A stretch of DNA of 64,000 nucleotides, from the NCBI GenBank assembly GCA_963727445.1, contig CAVSGI010000009.1, forward strand, positions 608,001-672,000, in the 5' to 3' direction. Positions 1 to 9,285 of the stretch are shown here, one piece after another. The notes under the pieces are model-generated. The model searched no databases. It was not told the origin of the DNA and saw nothing but the letters and a program-made list of their open reading frames with translations. How positions within the stretch are numbered: the stretch's first letter is position 1; every line of letters starts with the position of its first letter. The position numbers and the translations under genes are program-made. The DNA is from an uncultured delta proteobacterium. GTDB taxonomy: Bacteria > Myxococcota_A > Polyangia > Polyangiales > B10-G4.

Positions 1-1835
1 CGCCGCTCCGCGCTCGAGACGCGGCCGTCGGCGATGACGTGATGGAAGACGTTCAGGAAGTAGCCGTCCACGTCGCGCAGATCGGCCTCGGTGTGCTCTG
101 CGTAGTGCAGGAGCGCGATCAGGGAACGGTGGTACTCCTCCCATCCGTTGCCGATCTGCCGAGCGGCGTCGCGGTGAAGGCTCCGGCACTGCCGGTCGCG
201 CGCGAGCACCTTGCTGAGCGCCACGTCCCGCTCGACGTCGACCCTTTCGATGACGCGGCCGAGGTCGCGGCGGCGCACCTCTTCGCCGCGATAGCGCACG
301 AGGCCACCCGGGGCGGTGAGAAAGCCGTCTTTGAGGGCGATGAGGGTGGCGTGCTCCGAGTCGAGATCGAGCCATCCCTCGATCTCCTCGACCAGCTCGT
401 CGGGATAGAGATGGACCAGGCGCTCCGGGACGGAGTCGTCGGGCGTCGGATCCGCATCGAAGAGCTGATCGACGGTGGTGGCGTGCTGCGTGATGCCACG
501 GCCGAGGTAGAGGCCCTTGTAGCGCGTGTCGAGGTAGGTCTTGCCGAAGCTCGAGTCCACCTCGTCGATCGACTCGGCCACCGAGAGCCGCTCGGTCGGC
601 AGCGGAGCGTCACCGGTGTAGACGTCGAGAGCGTGGGTGGTGAGCTGCCGGCGGGTCTGCTCGGGCTTGGACAGGAGCAGCCAGGCCGAGCGGTCGTCGA
701 AGGGCGCCGGGATGTAGGTCTTTTTGGCGTTGTCCTCGCGCTCGCGGTTGGGGGGATGGGTGGCCCACATCTTCGGGGGCTGGGCGAAGCGGTCGGGGAA
801 GACGCGGTGAGAGGCGCGATCGGTCTCGGGCATGGGCGGCGCGTTGCCGTACGTCTCGTCCGTGGAGATGCGCCGCACCGACTCCAGCATCCGCGTCTGC
901 ACCGCGAAGAGGTCCTCGATGACCTTGCCGCGCTTGACCTGATTCATGGCGAAGCCGACCGCGCGGCCGTAGGCGTCGTCCGCGCCGTGGAGCTTGTGCA
1001 GGGCGTGCACCAGAGCGTCGCTGCCTGAGAGAGAGACCGACACCAGGTCGGCCTGGAGCTCCATCTCGCGGCTCAGGGCGCGCATCGAGAGCGTCACGAA
1101 GCGGAAGCCGGTGTCGAGGATCGCGCGCACCGACCAGACGAGCAGCTTCATGATCCAGCCGATCCAGGCGATGCGGATGTCGACGCGCGAGATCCCGTTG
1201 AGGAACTTGTCGAAGATCCCGCGCGCCGCGATGATGTTCGCGGCGATCTGCTGCGCGGTGTAGACCCAGCGTCCGACGAGCATCGAGCGCTGCGCGAAGT
1301 GACCGAACTCGTGTGCGAGCACGGCCTTCGTTTCGCCCAGGGTCAACGTGTTGAGGACGCCGAGGCCGATCTCGAGGTTCTTCTTGGAGGGGAAGAGCAG
1401 GTTGAAGAGGGAGAGGTCGTAGAAGACGGCCGCGTTCACGTCGGGGGAGACGAAGACGCGGTTGGGCCGCGGCGCGCCGGCCTCGGCGGCGAGGCGATGC
1501 AGGAACGCGAAGAGCTGCGGCTCGTCTTCCTCGAAGATCTCGACCGCCGCCGGGTTCTGCATGTGCTTGACCGCGAAGAGTCCCCGAACGAGGAAGGCGA
1601 AGAGAAAGGCGAGAGGGGTGGCCTTGAGGGCGCCGATGAAGACGTGGCCGCTCATGAAGCCGTCGCGCACCAGGCGGAAGGACGTGTAGCCGAGCCAGCC
1701 GGTGAGCGAGAAGTAGAGGATGATGAACCCGATCAGCGCGAGCACGGCCAGCCAAGCGTGGAGCTTGAAGCGGCGCGTGGGCCGGGTGAGGTCGGCGGGG
1801 ACCTTCGCCGGGCCCTTGGGGTAGAGCGGGTTCAT
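1..1835 (-). CDS. M48 family zinc metalloprotease (HtpX/Ste24-like membrane protease), 3' end runs off the window
   Basis: Read by hand; missing from the ORF track because it has no stop in the window. ATG at 1835 with AAGGAG upstream. Sequence MNPLYPKGP..., two N-terminal TM segments, VNAAVFY, AVLAHEFGHF (HExxH), SREMELQAD and WATHPPNRERE. Confidence 0.88.
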   Translation of the reverse strand, partial: MNPLYPKGPAKVPADLTRPTRRFKLHAWLAVLALIGFIILYFSLTGWLGYTSFRLVRDGFMSGHVFIGALKATPLAFLFAFLVRGLFAVKHMQNPAAVEIFEEDEPQLFAFLHRLAAEAGAPRPNRVFVSPDVNAAVFYDLSLFNLLFPSKKNLEIGLGVLNTLTLGETKAVLAHEFGHFAQRSMLVGRWVYTAQQIAANIIAARGIFDKFLNGISRVDIRIAWIGWIMKLLVWSVRAILDTGFRFVTLSMRALSREMELQADLVSVSLSGSDALVHALHKLHGADDAYGRAVGFAMNQVKRGKVIEDLFAVQTRMLESVRRISTDETYGNAPPMPETDRASHRVFPDRFAQPPKMWATHPPNREREDNAKKTYIPAPFDDRSAWLLLSKPEQTRRQLTTHALDVYTGDAPLPTERLSVAESIDEVDSSFGKTYLDTRYKGLYLGRGITQHATTVDQLFDADPTPDDSVPERLVHLYPDELVEEIEGWLDLDSEHATLIALKDGFLTAPGGLVRYRGEEVRRRDLGRVIERVDVERDVALSKVLARDRQCRSLHRDAARQIGNGWEEYHRSLIALLHYAEHTEADLRDVDGYFLNVFHHVIADGRVSSAER

Positions 1836-1952
1836 CGACACTCCTTTGTTGAGAATCGGGCCCGCACAGCACCCGAACGCGGGTCGTCGCGTCGGGATAC
1901 GACGCTCGGACGCTTCAAATTCCCCGACGAGCGACTGGGGCGCAAGGCAAGC

Positions 1953-3332
1953 CTAGCGGCGCCGGCGGATCGCGATCAGCAGCAGGAGCGAGAGCGCGAT
2001 GGGGGCTGGCAGGCTGGGCGCGCCCGTCGCGGAGCAGCCACCTTCGAGCCCATCGCTGTAGGGCGACGCGGCCGGGGGCGCTCCGCTGCCCGTCCCCGTG
2101 CTTCCGGTGCCCGTCCCCGTGCCCATGGTGCCGCCGCCGGGGCTGCACACGCTCATGCCGCCGCCGACGGGCTCACAACTGAAGCCGCTGGGACACCCGC
2201 TGGTGCCGTCGCAGAGCTGGGTGCAGAAGGTCTGGTCGCTCCCCGAGTCCACGGCGCAGAGCCCCGAGTCGCAGTCCGCGTTGCCTTCGCATGCGTCGCC
2301 GAGGGCGCCGCCAGGCACGGGCACGCACTGCGCGTCGGCGTTGCAGAGCTCGGAGGAAGCGCAGTCGCGGCTGGTGGTGCACTCGCCGGTGGTGGGATCG
2401 GGCGTCCCGCCGGTGGTGGGATCGGGCGAGGTGCTACCGGCTTCGATCGCGCAGGTGGCCGCGCCGTCGCTCGGGCGGCGCCGGATGCAGCGCCGCGATC
2501 CGTCGGAGACCGCCTCGCAGCTCTCGTTGCTGCCGCCGCAGTCGGCGTCGGTGGAGCACCCGTTGCCGCAGTGCCCGCTGCCGTCCGGGTACTGGAGACA
2601 CACGCCGCTGCACGCCGAGTCGGAGGTGCAGGCGTCGCAGGTGCCGCCAGTGCCGCTGACCGGCGCTTCGTCGACGCACATGCCGGACGTGTCGCAGACC
2701 TGACCGGTGGGACAGCCCGTGGTGGTGCAGTCGGTCGTCCCGCCGCCGCCACCCGGGTAGAGCGCGCAGATGCCGGCTTCGTCGTCGGGGCTGATCATCA
2801 GCACACCGCCGCTGTAGGCGTAGTACATCGCCGCGCGCGAATCCATGGAGTGCCCGAGGCCGTGATAGTGGCCGCCTTCGTGAAGCACGATCGAGTACGC
2901 GTTCACCGTGGTGCCCGAGCCGGGCGCCGTGGTCCAGACGAAGTCGATGCCGTTCAGCTCCATCGAGGCATCCACGATCGTCGAGCCGGTGAAGCGCGGC
3001 GTCGTCACGCCGATGGCGTTGGGGTCGTAGGGCCAGGTGCCGGAGTCGTGCCATCCGATCACGTTCCGCGACCCGACCGCGGAGCCGGAGGAGCCCTGGT
3101 ATTCGGTGGTGAGCGCGCTGCAGCTCACGCGCGTCCAGTCGTCGAGGCCCTGTCGCACGACGGACTCGCTCGCGGCGAAGCCGCCCAGGTCCGCGGAGCC
3201 CGCGGAGTTGAGGGAGTAGGGAACCGTCCCCGTCCAATGCGGGTTCGAGGAGTCGAGCCCCTGCCAGGCCGAAGCCACCCCGGACGCGCCGAGGACGACG
3301 CCGAGCGAAACGATGAAGAGCGCGCGCTTCAT
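1953..3332 (-). CDS. Matrixin (M10 metzincin) family metalloprotease with Cys-rich repeats and a MYXO-CTERM-type tail
   Basis: Signal peptide; HEGGHYHGLGHS zinc motif and AAMY Met-turn; Cys-rich modules; C-terminal GGCSA...hydrophobic stretch...RRRR. Confidence 0.88.
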   Translation of the reverse strand: MKRALFIVSLGVVLGASGVASAWQGLDSSNPHWTGTVPYSLNSAGSADLGGFAASESVVRQGLDDWTRVSCSALTTEYQGSSGSAVGSRNVIGWHDSGTWPYDPNAIGVTTPRFTGSTIVDASMELNGIDFVWTTAPGSGTTVNAYSIVLHEGGHYHGLGHSMDSRAAMYYAYSGGVLMISPDDEAGICALYPGGGGGTTDCTTTGCPTGQVCDTSGMCVDEAPVSGTGGTCDACTSDSACSGVCLQYPDGSGHCGNGCSTDADCGGSNESCEAVSDGSRRCIRRRPSDGAATCAIEAGSTSPDPTTGGTPDPTTGECTTSRDCASSELCNADAQCVPVPGGALGDACEGNADCDSGLCAVDSGSDQTFCTQLCDGTSGCPSGFSCEPVGGGMSVCSPGGGTMGTGTGTGSTGTGSGAPPAASPYSDGLEGGCSATGAPSLPAPIALSLLLLIAIRRRR

Positions 3333-3907
3333 GGACGCACCGAAAGAACGCTCTCGATGCGCGCGACGAGCGCGTCGAACGCCATGGTCTGTGGACCAGG
3401 GCCGTCGAGATCCTGAACCTGCATCGCGCCGCCACCCCAGCGTGCGAAGGCGATGTCGCCGAGGTCGCGCGTGGCGAGGGTCGGCCCGTCGACGGCTGCG
3501 CGGAGGGTGAACTTGCCCTGCGCCATGCCGTAGGTTCGGTAGCGGCCGGCCTCGTCGCGGCGGAGGAAGACCAGGACGCGCTCGCCAGCGCGATACTCGG
3601 GGGTGCCCGCGACCCGGACCTCGGTGCCCTGGAAGTCGCCGCCCAGCTCCTCGATCTTCACCTCGTCACCGCCGCTGCCGTGGATGAAGCGCTCGACGCG
3701 GATGGTGGAGACGGTCCAGGGCATCGGCTCGGGGCCCGAGAGCTCGAGGCGGACGTTCACTCGATCGACCCGGCCGACCACGATGGCGTCGGCGACGAAG
3801 GCCATGTCGTCGATGGGAACCTCCACCATGACGGTGGCAAGAGCCGGCGTAGCAAGCCCGAGAGCGAGTGCGACGGCCACGAGGGGGAGCATGGACCGGG
3901 GCGACAT
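3329..3907 (-). CDS. Secreted hypothetical protein translationally coupled to the matrixin
   Basis: Signal peptide ending ALA|TVMVEV; ADAIVVGRV, GG...VAGTP and GERVLVFL...GMAQGKF motifs. Its stop overlaps the matrixin ATG (3329-3332). Start 3907 chosen because of the promoter just upstream. Confidence 0.8.
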   Translation of the reverse strand: MSPRSMLPLVAVALALGLATPALATVMVEVPIDDMAFVADAIVVGRVDRVNVRLELSGPEPMPWTVSTIRVERFIHGSGGDEVKIEELGGDFQGTEVRVAGTPEYRAGERVLVFLRRDEAGRYRTYGMAQGKFTLRAAVDGPTLATRDLGDIAFARWGGGAMQVQDLDGPGPQTMAFDALVARIESVLSVRP

Positions 3908-3920
3908 GGCCGGGAGCTGA

Positions 3921-3936
3921 CGCAACCGCCATGCCT
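3921..3936 (-). promoter_or_regulatory. Putative sigma54 -24/-12 promoter
   Basis: AGGCATGGCGGTTGCG with exact GG-N10-GC spacing; predicted +1 about 3 nt before the ATG at 3907. Confidence 0.5.
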
Positions 3937-4039
3937 GAATTTCGATCACGGAATCACTTTGGTTTTCCCGCTGAGCTCCCGATTGTCAGGAGCCTGGAGC
4001 GCGTCTCGTTCCCCTGGTGGCGTTACAGTCCCCACCTCC

Positions 4040-4188
4040 CTAGCACTACTTGATCAGGGCCACGGCGGCATTTCCGAGCGCTCTCGCGCTCCTCGAAAGG
4101 GGGAGCACCCTGTCTTCGTCTCGCGAAAGCACTCGAAAACCCCTGCTCGGCGCGATCATCCGCCGCCACCCTAATCAAGTAGTACTAG
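4040..4188. mobile_element. MITE-like non-autonomous element with terminal inverted repeats and CTAG ends
   Basis: CTAGCACTACTTGATCAGGG (4040-4059) matches the reverse complement of CCCTAATCAAGTAGTACTAG (4169-4188) at 18/20. There are internal stems and no plausible coding capacity. Confidence 0.65.
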
Positions 4189-4197
4189 AGTCCCCTC

Positions 4198-6120
4198 GTG
4201 CTCCCCGAGCGCGTACAGCAGAAGCTGGACACCCTGCCCACCTCCCCCGGCGTGTACGTCTTCCGCGCGCCGGACGAAGCGGTGCTCTACGTGGGGAAGG
4301 CCCGCAGCCTTCGGAGCCGGGTTCGGAGCTATTTCACACCCTCGGTCAGCGACGAGCGGTACTTCATCCCCGAGCTCGCCGACACCATCGGCGACCTCGA
4401 GACCTTCGTCGTCGAGACGGAAAAGGAGGCCGCGCTCCTCGAAAACCAGCTCATCAAGGAGCTGAGGCCCCGCTACAACGTCAAGCTTCGCGACGACAAG
4501 GATTACCTCTCGCTCAGGCTGAAGACCGGCGCCGCGTGGCCGCGTCTCGAGGTGGTCAGGCGACCCAAGCCGGACGGCGCGCGCTACTTCGGCCCGTACC
4601 ACTCCGCCACCGCCGCGCGTCAGACGCTGCGCCTGGTCAACCGCTTCTTTCAGCTCCGCACCTGCACCGACGCCGACTTCAGGTCGCGTGCGCGACCTTG
4701 CCTGCAGTATCAGATCAAGCGCTGCCCGGCGCCCTGCGTGAAGGAGGTCGACCGCGCGGAGTACGGCGAGCAGGTGCGCCTCGTGGGTCTCTTCCTCGAC
4801 GGGCGCCACGACGAGCTCGTGCGTGATTTGCAGTCGAAGATGGGCGACGCATCGAAGGAGCTCGAGTTCGAGCTCGCGGCCACGTATCGCGACCAGCTCC
4901 GGGCGGTGGAGCGCGTGCGAGAGGAGCAGCGCGTCTCGGTGGTCAAGGACGTCGACCAGGACGTGATCGGGCTCTACCGCCAGGGCGATCAAGCGGAGGT
5001 CGCGGTGCTCATGGTCCGCGAGGGGAAGCTGGTCGGGGTGCGCACCTACGACCTGAAACGTTCGGCGCTGCCCGACGAGGAGCTGGTCGCGTCGTTCCTC
5101 GCCGAGTACTACGACGAAGGGACGTTCGTCCCGGCCGAGGTGCTCCTCGAGCGCGAGATCGACGCGATGGACGGGCTCGCCGAGCTCCTCTCGGATCGCC
5201 GCGGCACCAAGGTCAGCCTGGTGGTGCCGCAGCGCGGCGCGCGCAAGAAGCTCGTCAGCATGGCCCTCGACAACGCTGCGCACGCCTTCCGGGAGAAGCA
5301 GCGCGAACGTGAGGACGTCGCCGAGCGCCTCGGTCAGCTGGTCAAGCGGCTGCGCCTGCCGCGCGTGCCGCATCGCATCGAGTGCATCGACGTTTCCCAC
5401 ATCGGAGGCGAAGACACGGTGGCGGTGATCGTCGCGCTCTGTGACGGCGCACCCGACAAGAAGCGCTACCGAAGCTTCGTGGTCAAGAAGGCCACGCCCG
5501 GCGACGACTACGGCGCGATGTTCGAGGTGCTCGGGCGTCGCTTCGCCCGCGGGCAGAAGCGCGAAGCGGGCTGGGAGCTCCCGGATCTGATGGTCGTCGA
5601 TGGAGGTAAGGGGCAGCTCGGGGTCGCGATGGCGGCGCTCCGGGACCTGGGCATCGAGGACCAGCCGGTCGTCGCCCTCGCCAAGGAGAAGGAGAACGTC
5701 CTCGGCGACAAGCTCGTGGATCGCGTTTACGTGCCCGGCGCCAAGAACGCCATCGCCGTGCGCGAGTCGAGCGCCCTTCGCATCCTGGCCCTCGCGCGCG
5801 ACGAAGCCCACCGCGCCAGCAACGCGCTTCGTGAGAAGCGCGGGAAGAAGCGGCGATTCAAGAGCGAGCTCGACGGCGTGCCCGGCGTCGGTCCGAAGAC
5901 GCGCGCCAAGCTCCTCGAGCGGCTCGGTTCGCTCGAGCAGGTTCGACTCGCCAGCGCCGAGGCCCTGGTGAAGGCGGGCGCCACGCGGAAGCAGGCCCTC
6001 GCCATTCGTCGCGCCCTCGGGCGTCCGGGAGAGGCCCGCGAAGCGGAGGACCAGGCGGTGGACAACGCCTTCGACTCGGAGGAGGAGGCGCCTTCCGCTC
6101 CGCCGCCGGACCCGAGCTGA
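4198..6120 (+). CDS. uvrC: Excinuclease ABC subunit C
   Basis: LPTSPGVY...YVGKARSLRSRVRSYF GIY-YIG domain, RPCLQYQIKRCPAPC, LEFELAA UvrB-binding segment, RIECIDVSH/PDLMVVDGGKGQ RNase H-like domain and C-terminal HhH GVGPK. Confidence 0.97.
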   Translation: MLPERVQQKLDTLPTSPGVYVFRAPDEAVLYVGKARSLRSRVRSYFTPSVSDERYFIPELADTIGDLETFVVETEKEAALLENQLIKELRPRYNVKLRDDKDYLSLRLKTGAAWPRLEVVRRPKPDGARYFGPYHSATAARQTLRLVNRFFQLRTCTDADFRSRARPCLQYQIKRCPAPCVKEVDRAEYGEQVRLVGLFLDGRHDELVRDLQSKMGDASKELEFELAATYRDQLRAVERVREEQRVSVVKDVDQDVIGLYRQGDQAEVAVLMVREGKLVGVRTYDLKRSALPDEELVASFLAEYYDEGTFVPAEVLLEREIDAMDGLAELLSDRRGTKVSLVVPQRGARKKLVSMALDNAAHAFREKQREREDVAERLGQLVKRLRLPRVPHRIECIDVSHIGGEDTVAVIVALCDGAPDKKRYRSFVVKKATPGDDYGAMFEVLGRRFARGQKREAGWELPDLMVVDGGKGQLGVAMAALRDLGIEDQPVVALAKEKENVLGDKLVDRVYVPGAKNAIAVRESSALRILALARDEAHRASNALREKRGKKRRFKSELDGVPGVGPKTRAKLLERLGSLEQVRLASAEALVKAGATRKQALAIRRALGRPGEAREAEDQAVDNAFDSEEEAPSAPPPDPS

Positions 6121-6138
6121 GGCCCGGCGGGGGTCGGG

Positions 6139-8341
6139 TCAGCGGCGTCGCCGCCGACCCAGCCACACGAGCATCATGATCGCCAACGCGAAGGTCGCGG
6201 CGCCGTTCCCGGCACCGACCGCGCGGCAGCCGCAGCCGCCGTCGTCCATGCCGCCCGTTCCGCCGTCGCCGCCCCCGCCATCGCCAGTGCCCCCGTCGCC
6301 CCCGGCTCCGGGGCCGACCGTGACCATGTGACTCGCGCGCGCCTCTCGCGTTCCGCTGTAGCTCAGGACCGCGTCGAAGGTGAAGCTGCCCTCGGCGGTG
6401 AAGCTCGCGGTGATGGTGCGAGTGCCGCTGGCCGCGGCCGCGACGTCGCCCAGGTCCCAGCCGATCGTGTCGCCCATCATCGTGCCGCCCATGTCGTAGT
6501 CGCTCACCGTCAGACCCGCGGGAATGGTCACGGTCAAGGTCGACGCGACGGCGGCGGCACTTCCGGAGTTGGTGTACTGCACGGTGAACGTCTCGTCGGT
6601 CGGGAGCGCGGCGCTGTCGATGCCTCGGACGCCGGTCCAGCTGAGCGCGACGTTCGGACCCGTGCCCATGAGCCCACCGGTGACGCAGTCCGCCTCGAAG
6701 AGCGCGTTCAAGAAGAGCCGGGTGCCTTGGCTGTCCGGGTTGCCGCTGATCGGCGTGTCGGTCGCGTAGCGGTGACCGCCGAGGTAGCTGACCTTGCCGA
6801 AGTTGCACATGTCCGGCGTGGCGAACTCGTCGTAGCCGACGATGTCGCACTCGCCGTCGACGAAGCCGGTCATCCAGAAGATCCTGGTCGCCGGGCCCAT
6901 CGGGGCCGGTGATGAAGGTGACGTCGAGGTCGTTCTTGTATTCGGATCCGAGGAAGGTGCTCAGATTGTAGGCGGGCTCGCTGCCGCCGACGGTCCCGTA
7001 GGCGCCGTCGAGCTGGTTGTAGGGCACCTGGGGGTTGAGGACCTGCAGCGTGTTCTCGTCCGGCCGGTCGGCGATGAGGAAGCCTGCACCCTGCTCCTTG
7101 ACGTCCCGAGGCATGCAGCAGTCGCGGGTGCCTCCATCGCAGCCGTTCGTCACGCACTGGTAGTCGCCGCCGTCGGTAGCGCCGTCACACGGGCAATCGG
7201 GCGGCGTGCCGATGGTGGTCAGGAAGTGTCCGAGACGGTCGTCGTCGTCGAGGTACGGCCAGTCCGGGTTGGGGACGGTGTTCTCGTAGGCGTTGACCGC
7301 CTGGCACTCCGCGAAGAAGTGCGTGGGGAAGGAGAGGAACTGCCGCACCTCGGCCACCACCTCGTGGCCGTGGTAGGTGAAGGTCTCGCCGCTGCAATCC
7401 GCCTGGGTCGCGGGGCAGCCGCCCCCGTCGCACTCGACCGTCTCCCGGTCGTTGACGCCCCAGTGCATGCTCATGATCTGGCAGTAGGCCGGGGACCCGT
7501 CGGCGGCGAAGAGTGCGCCGTTGCGGTGATCGGTGTTGGGGGCGTCGCACGTCCCCATGTCGCCCATGATCGCGACGACGCTGAGCATGTCGGGGTTGTC
7601 GGTGCCCGGACCGCAGATGGACGGGTCGGTGCAGCGCCCGGTGGGGAACTCGTTGCCGTTGGATTGCGGGATGCCGGCGGCGCGCAGGTATCCGGTGGCG
7701 ATGTCTTCGTTGCCGTCGGAGAACACCGCGATGGTCGGCGCCTGAATCATCTCCTTCTTCACGTAGCCGTCGAACGACTCCGTCGCCTCGTGCACGGACA
7801 CCACGGAGAACTCGGTGCGTTGCGCCCAGGGATTCGCATCCCAGGCGCTCATGTCGTTCCACGCGTCTGCGATGGCGCGCGCCTCGTCCGCCTGCGACGC
7901 GTCGACCACGAAGGGCCCCCCGCGATAGCCGTGGCGGGTGATCATCGCCCCGGGCGAGAGCACCCCTTCGCCGTCCCAATGCACCATCGCGCCCGCGTAG
8001 AAGTCGGGGCTCGCCGTCGGGTAGCTGCACTTCACGCCGGAGCCCTCCTCGGCGCAGTCCCAGCCGCATTCGTCGGAGACGGTGTCGCAGGGTGCCGAGT
8101 GCCACGTCTTGTCGGGGTCGATCACCCAGTAGACGGTGATCCCCTGGTCGAGGAGCTGAAAGACCAGGCCGTAGGCCTGGAGCATCCCCTTGTCCTGATA
8201 AGCGAGATCCATGGGGATGATCAGGCTCCCGGCCTCGAAGGTGCGGTCGTAGCCGGCGTGGGCCGAGGTGGGGAGGAGGGCCACGAGACCGGCGAGGCTC
8301 AGACCGAGAAGGGCTCCGAGGGAGAAACGACGACAGGGCAT
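6139..8341 (-). CDS. Large secreted Cys-rich surface protein with a DUF11-like Ig domain and MYXO-CTERM-type tail; one +1 frameshift near 6879
   Basis: ORFs 5858..8341 and 6139..6900 join if one base is removed at ~6879 (...GPGDQDL|WMTGFVD...). Span is 2203 = 3n+1. Signal peptide at the N-terminus and GGCGC...RRRRR at the C-terminus. Confidence 0.75.
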
Positions 8342-8392
8342 GGGTACATTGTACCGAAACGACCAACGGGGGAGCCATGAGGGAAAACCCCC

Positions 8393-9226
8393 TCAATTCC
8401 CGAGCATCGAGCCGATCGCCGCGGCGCCCGCGACGCGCGCCTTCGCCATTTGGATGCTCGCGACCACCGTGAGGAGCAGGCCGAGGAGCAGAAAGAGGGG
8501 GCCCACGCATGCAAGGACGAGTTGGTTTCGTCCATGGGCTTCGGCGACCTCTTCGGCGGTGCCGTATTCGATGTGGAGCTCGGTGCCCGACGCGGGAGAG
8601 AGGCGGCCATCGACGATGCGGCCGGTGGCGACGACGCTCTCGTCCTGTGCGAGGAGGGCGCGCTCGATGTCGAGGCGCCAGCTGTCGGCCGGGTAGCTCT
8701 CGGGGTCGAGCTCCCATGTCCGACCGCCGTACTCCGCGCGTTCGGGGTGACCGCCGCGGCTCGCGGTCCGCGTCAGCGTCCCGCGCGCGCTCCGATCCTC
8801 GCGGAGCGGCAGCGTCTCGACGGCCACCGGAAGGGCGCTCGTCCCGTCGGTGATGACCACCACCGGCGCGTCCCCGCTCCACTCGTCGAGCACCTCGTGC
8901 GGCGTGCGGTCGCGGCTCTTCATCAGGCCCACGCGGATCCGGCCGCGCAGCACCGTCGAGCCGTCGTCGGGCATCTGCACGGGGGCGTCGGCGTGTAGCC
9001 GTCCCTGAACGCGCACCAGCCCGTTAGCCGCGGGTGCGGCGGCGAGCGGCGTCAGCGGAGACGCCTCGCCGCCGGCCTCGCCGAGCATCCCGAGCACACC
9101 GAGGCACCCCGAGGCGAGTCCGATGAAGATCAGAACCACGCCGGCCATTCGCATGGTCCGCAGCCTCTGCCAGCGCCGACGGCTCACCCCCGGAGGCGCC
9201 CCCCAGAATTCCTCCCACGCCCTCAT
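8393..9226 (-). CDS. Hypothetical membrane protein (two TM segments flanking a soluble domain)
   Basis: Hydrophobic segments near both ends; fills the gap between two co-oriented genes. Confidence 0.65.
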   Translation of the reverse strand: MRAWEEFWGAPPGVSRRRWQRLRTMRMAGVVLIFIGLASGCLGVLGMLGEAGGEASPLTPLAAAPAANGLVRVQGRLHADAPVQMPDDGSTVLRGRIRVGLMKSRDRTPHEVLDEWSGDAPVVVITDGTSALPVAVETLPLREDRSARGTLTRTASRGGHPERAEYGGRTWELDPESYPADSWRLDIERALLAQDESVVATGRIVDGRLSPASGTELHIEYGTAEEVAEAHGRNQLVLACVGPLFLLLGLLLTVVASIQMAKARVAGAAAIGSMLGN

Positions 9227-9285
9227 CGCGTACGTCGTCGATCATACACCCGGCCGCGCCGGCGATTCGTGATGCGGCACACCTT

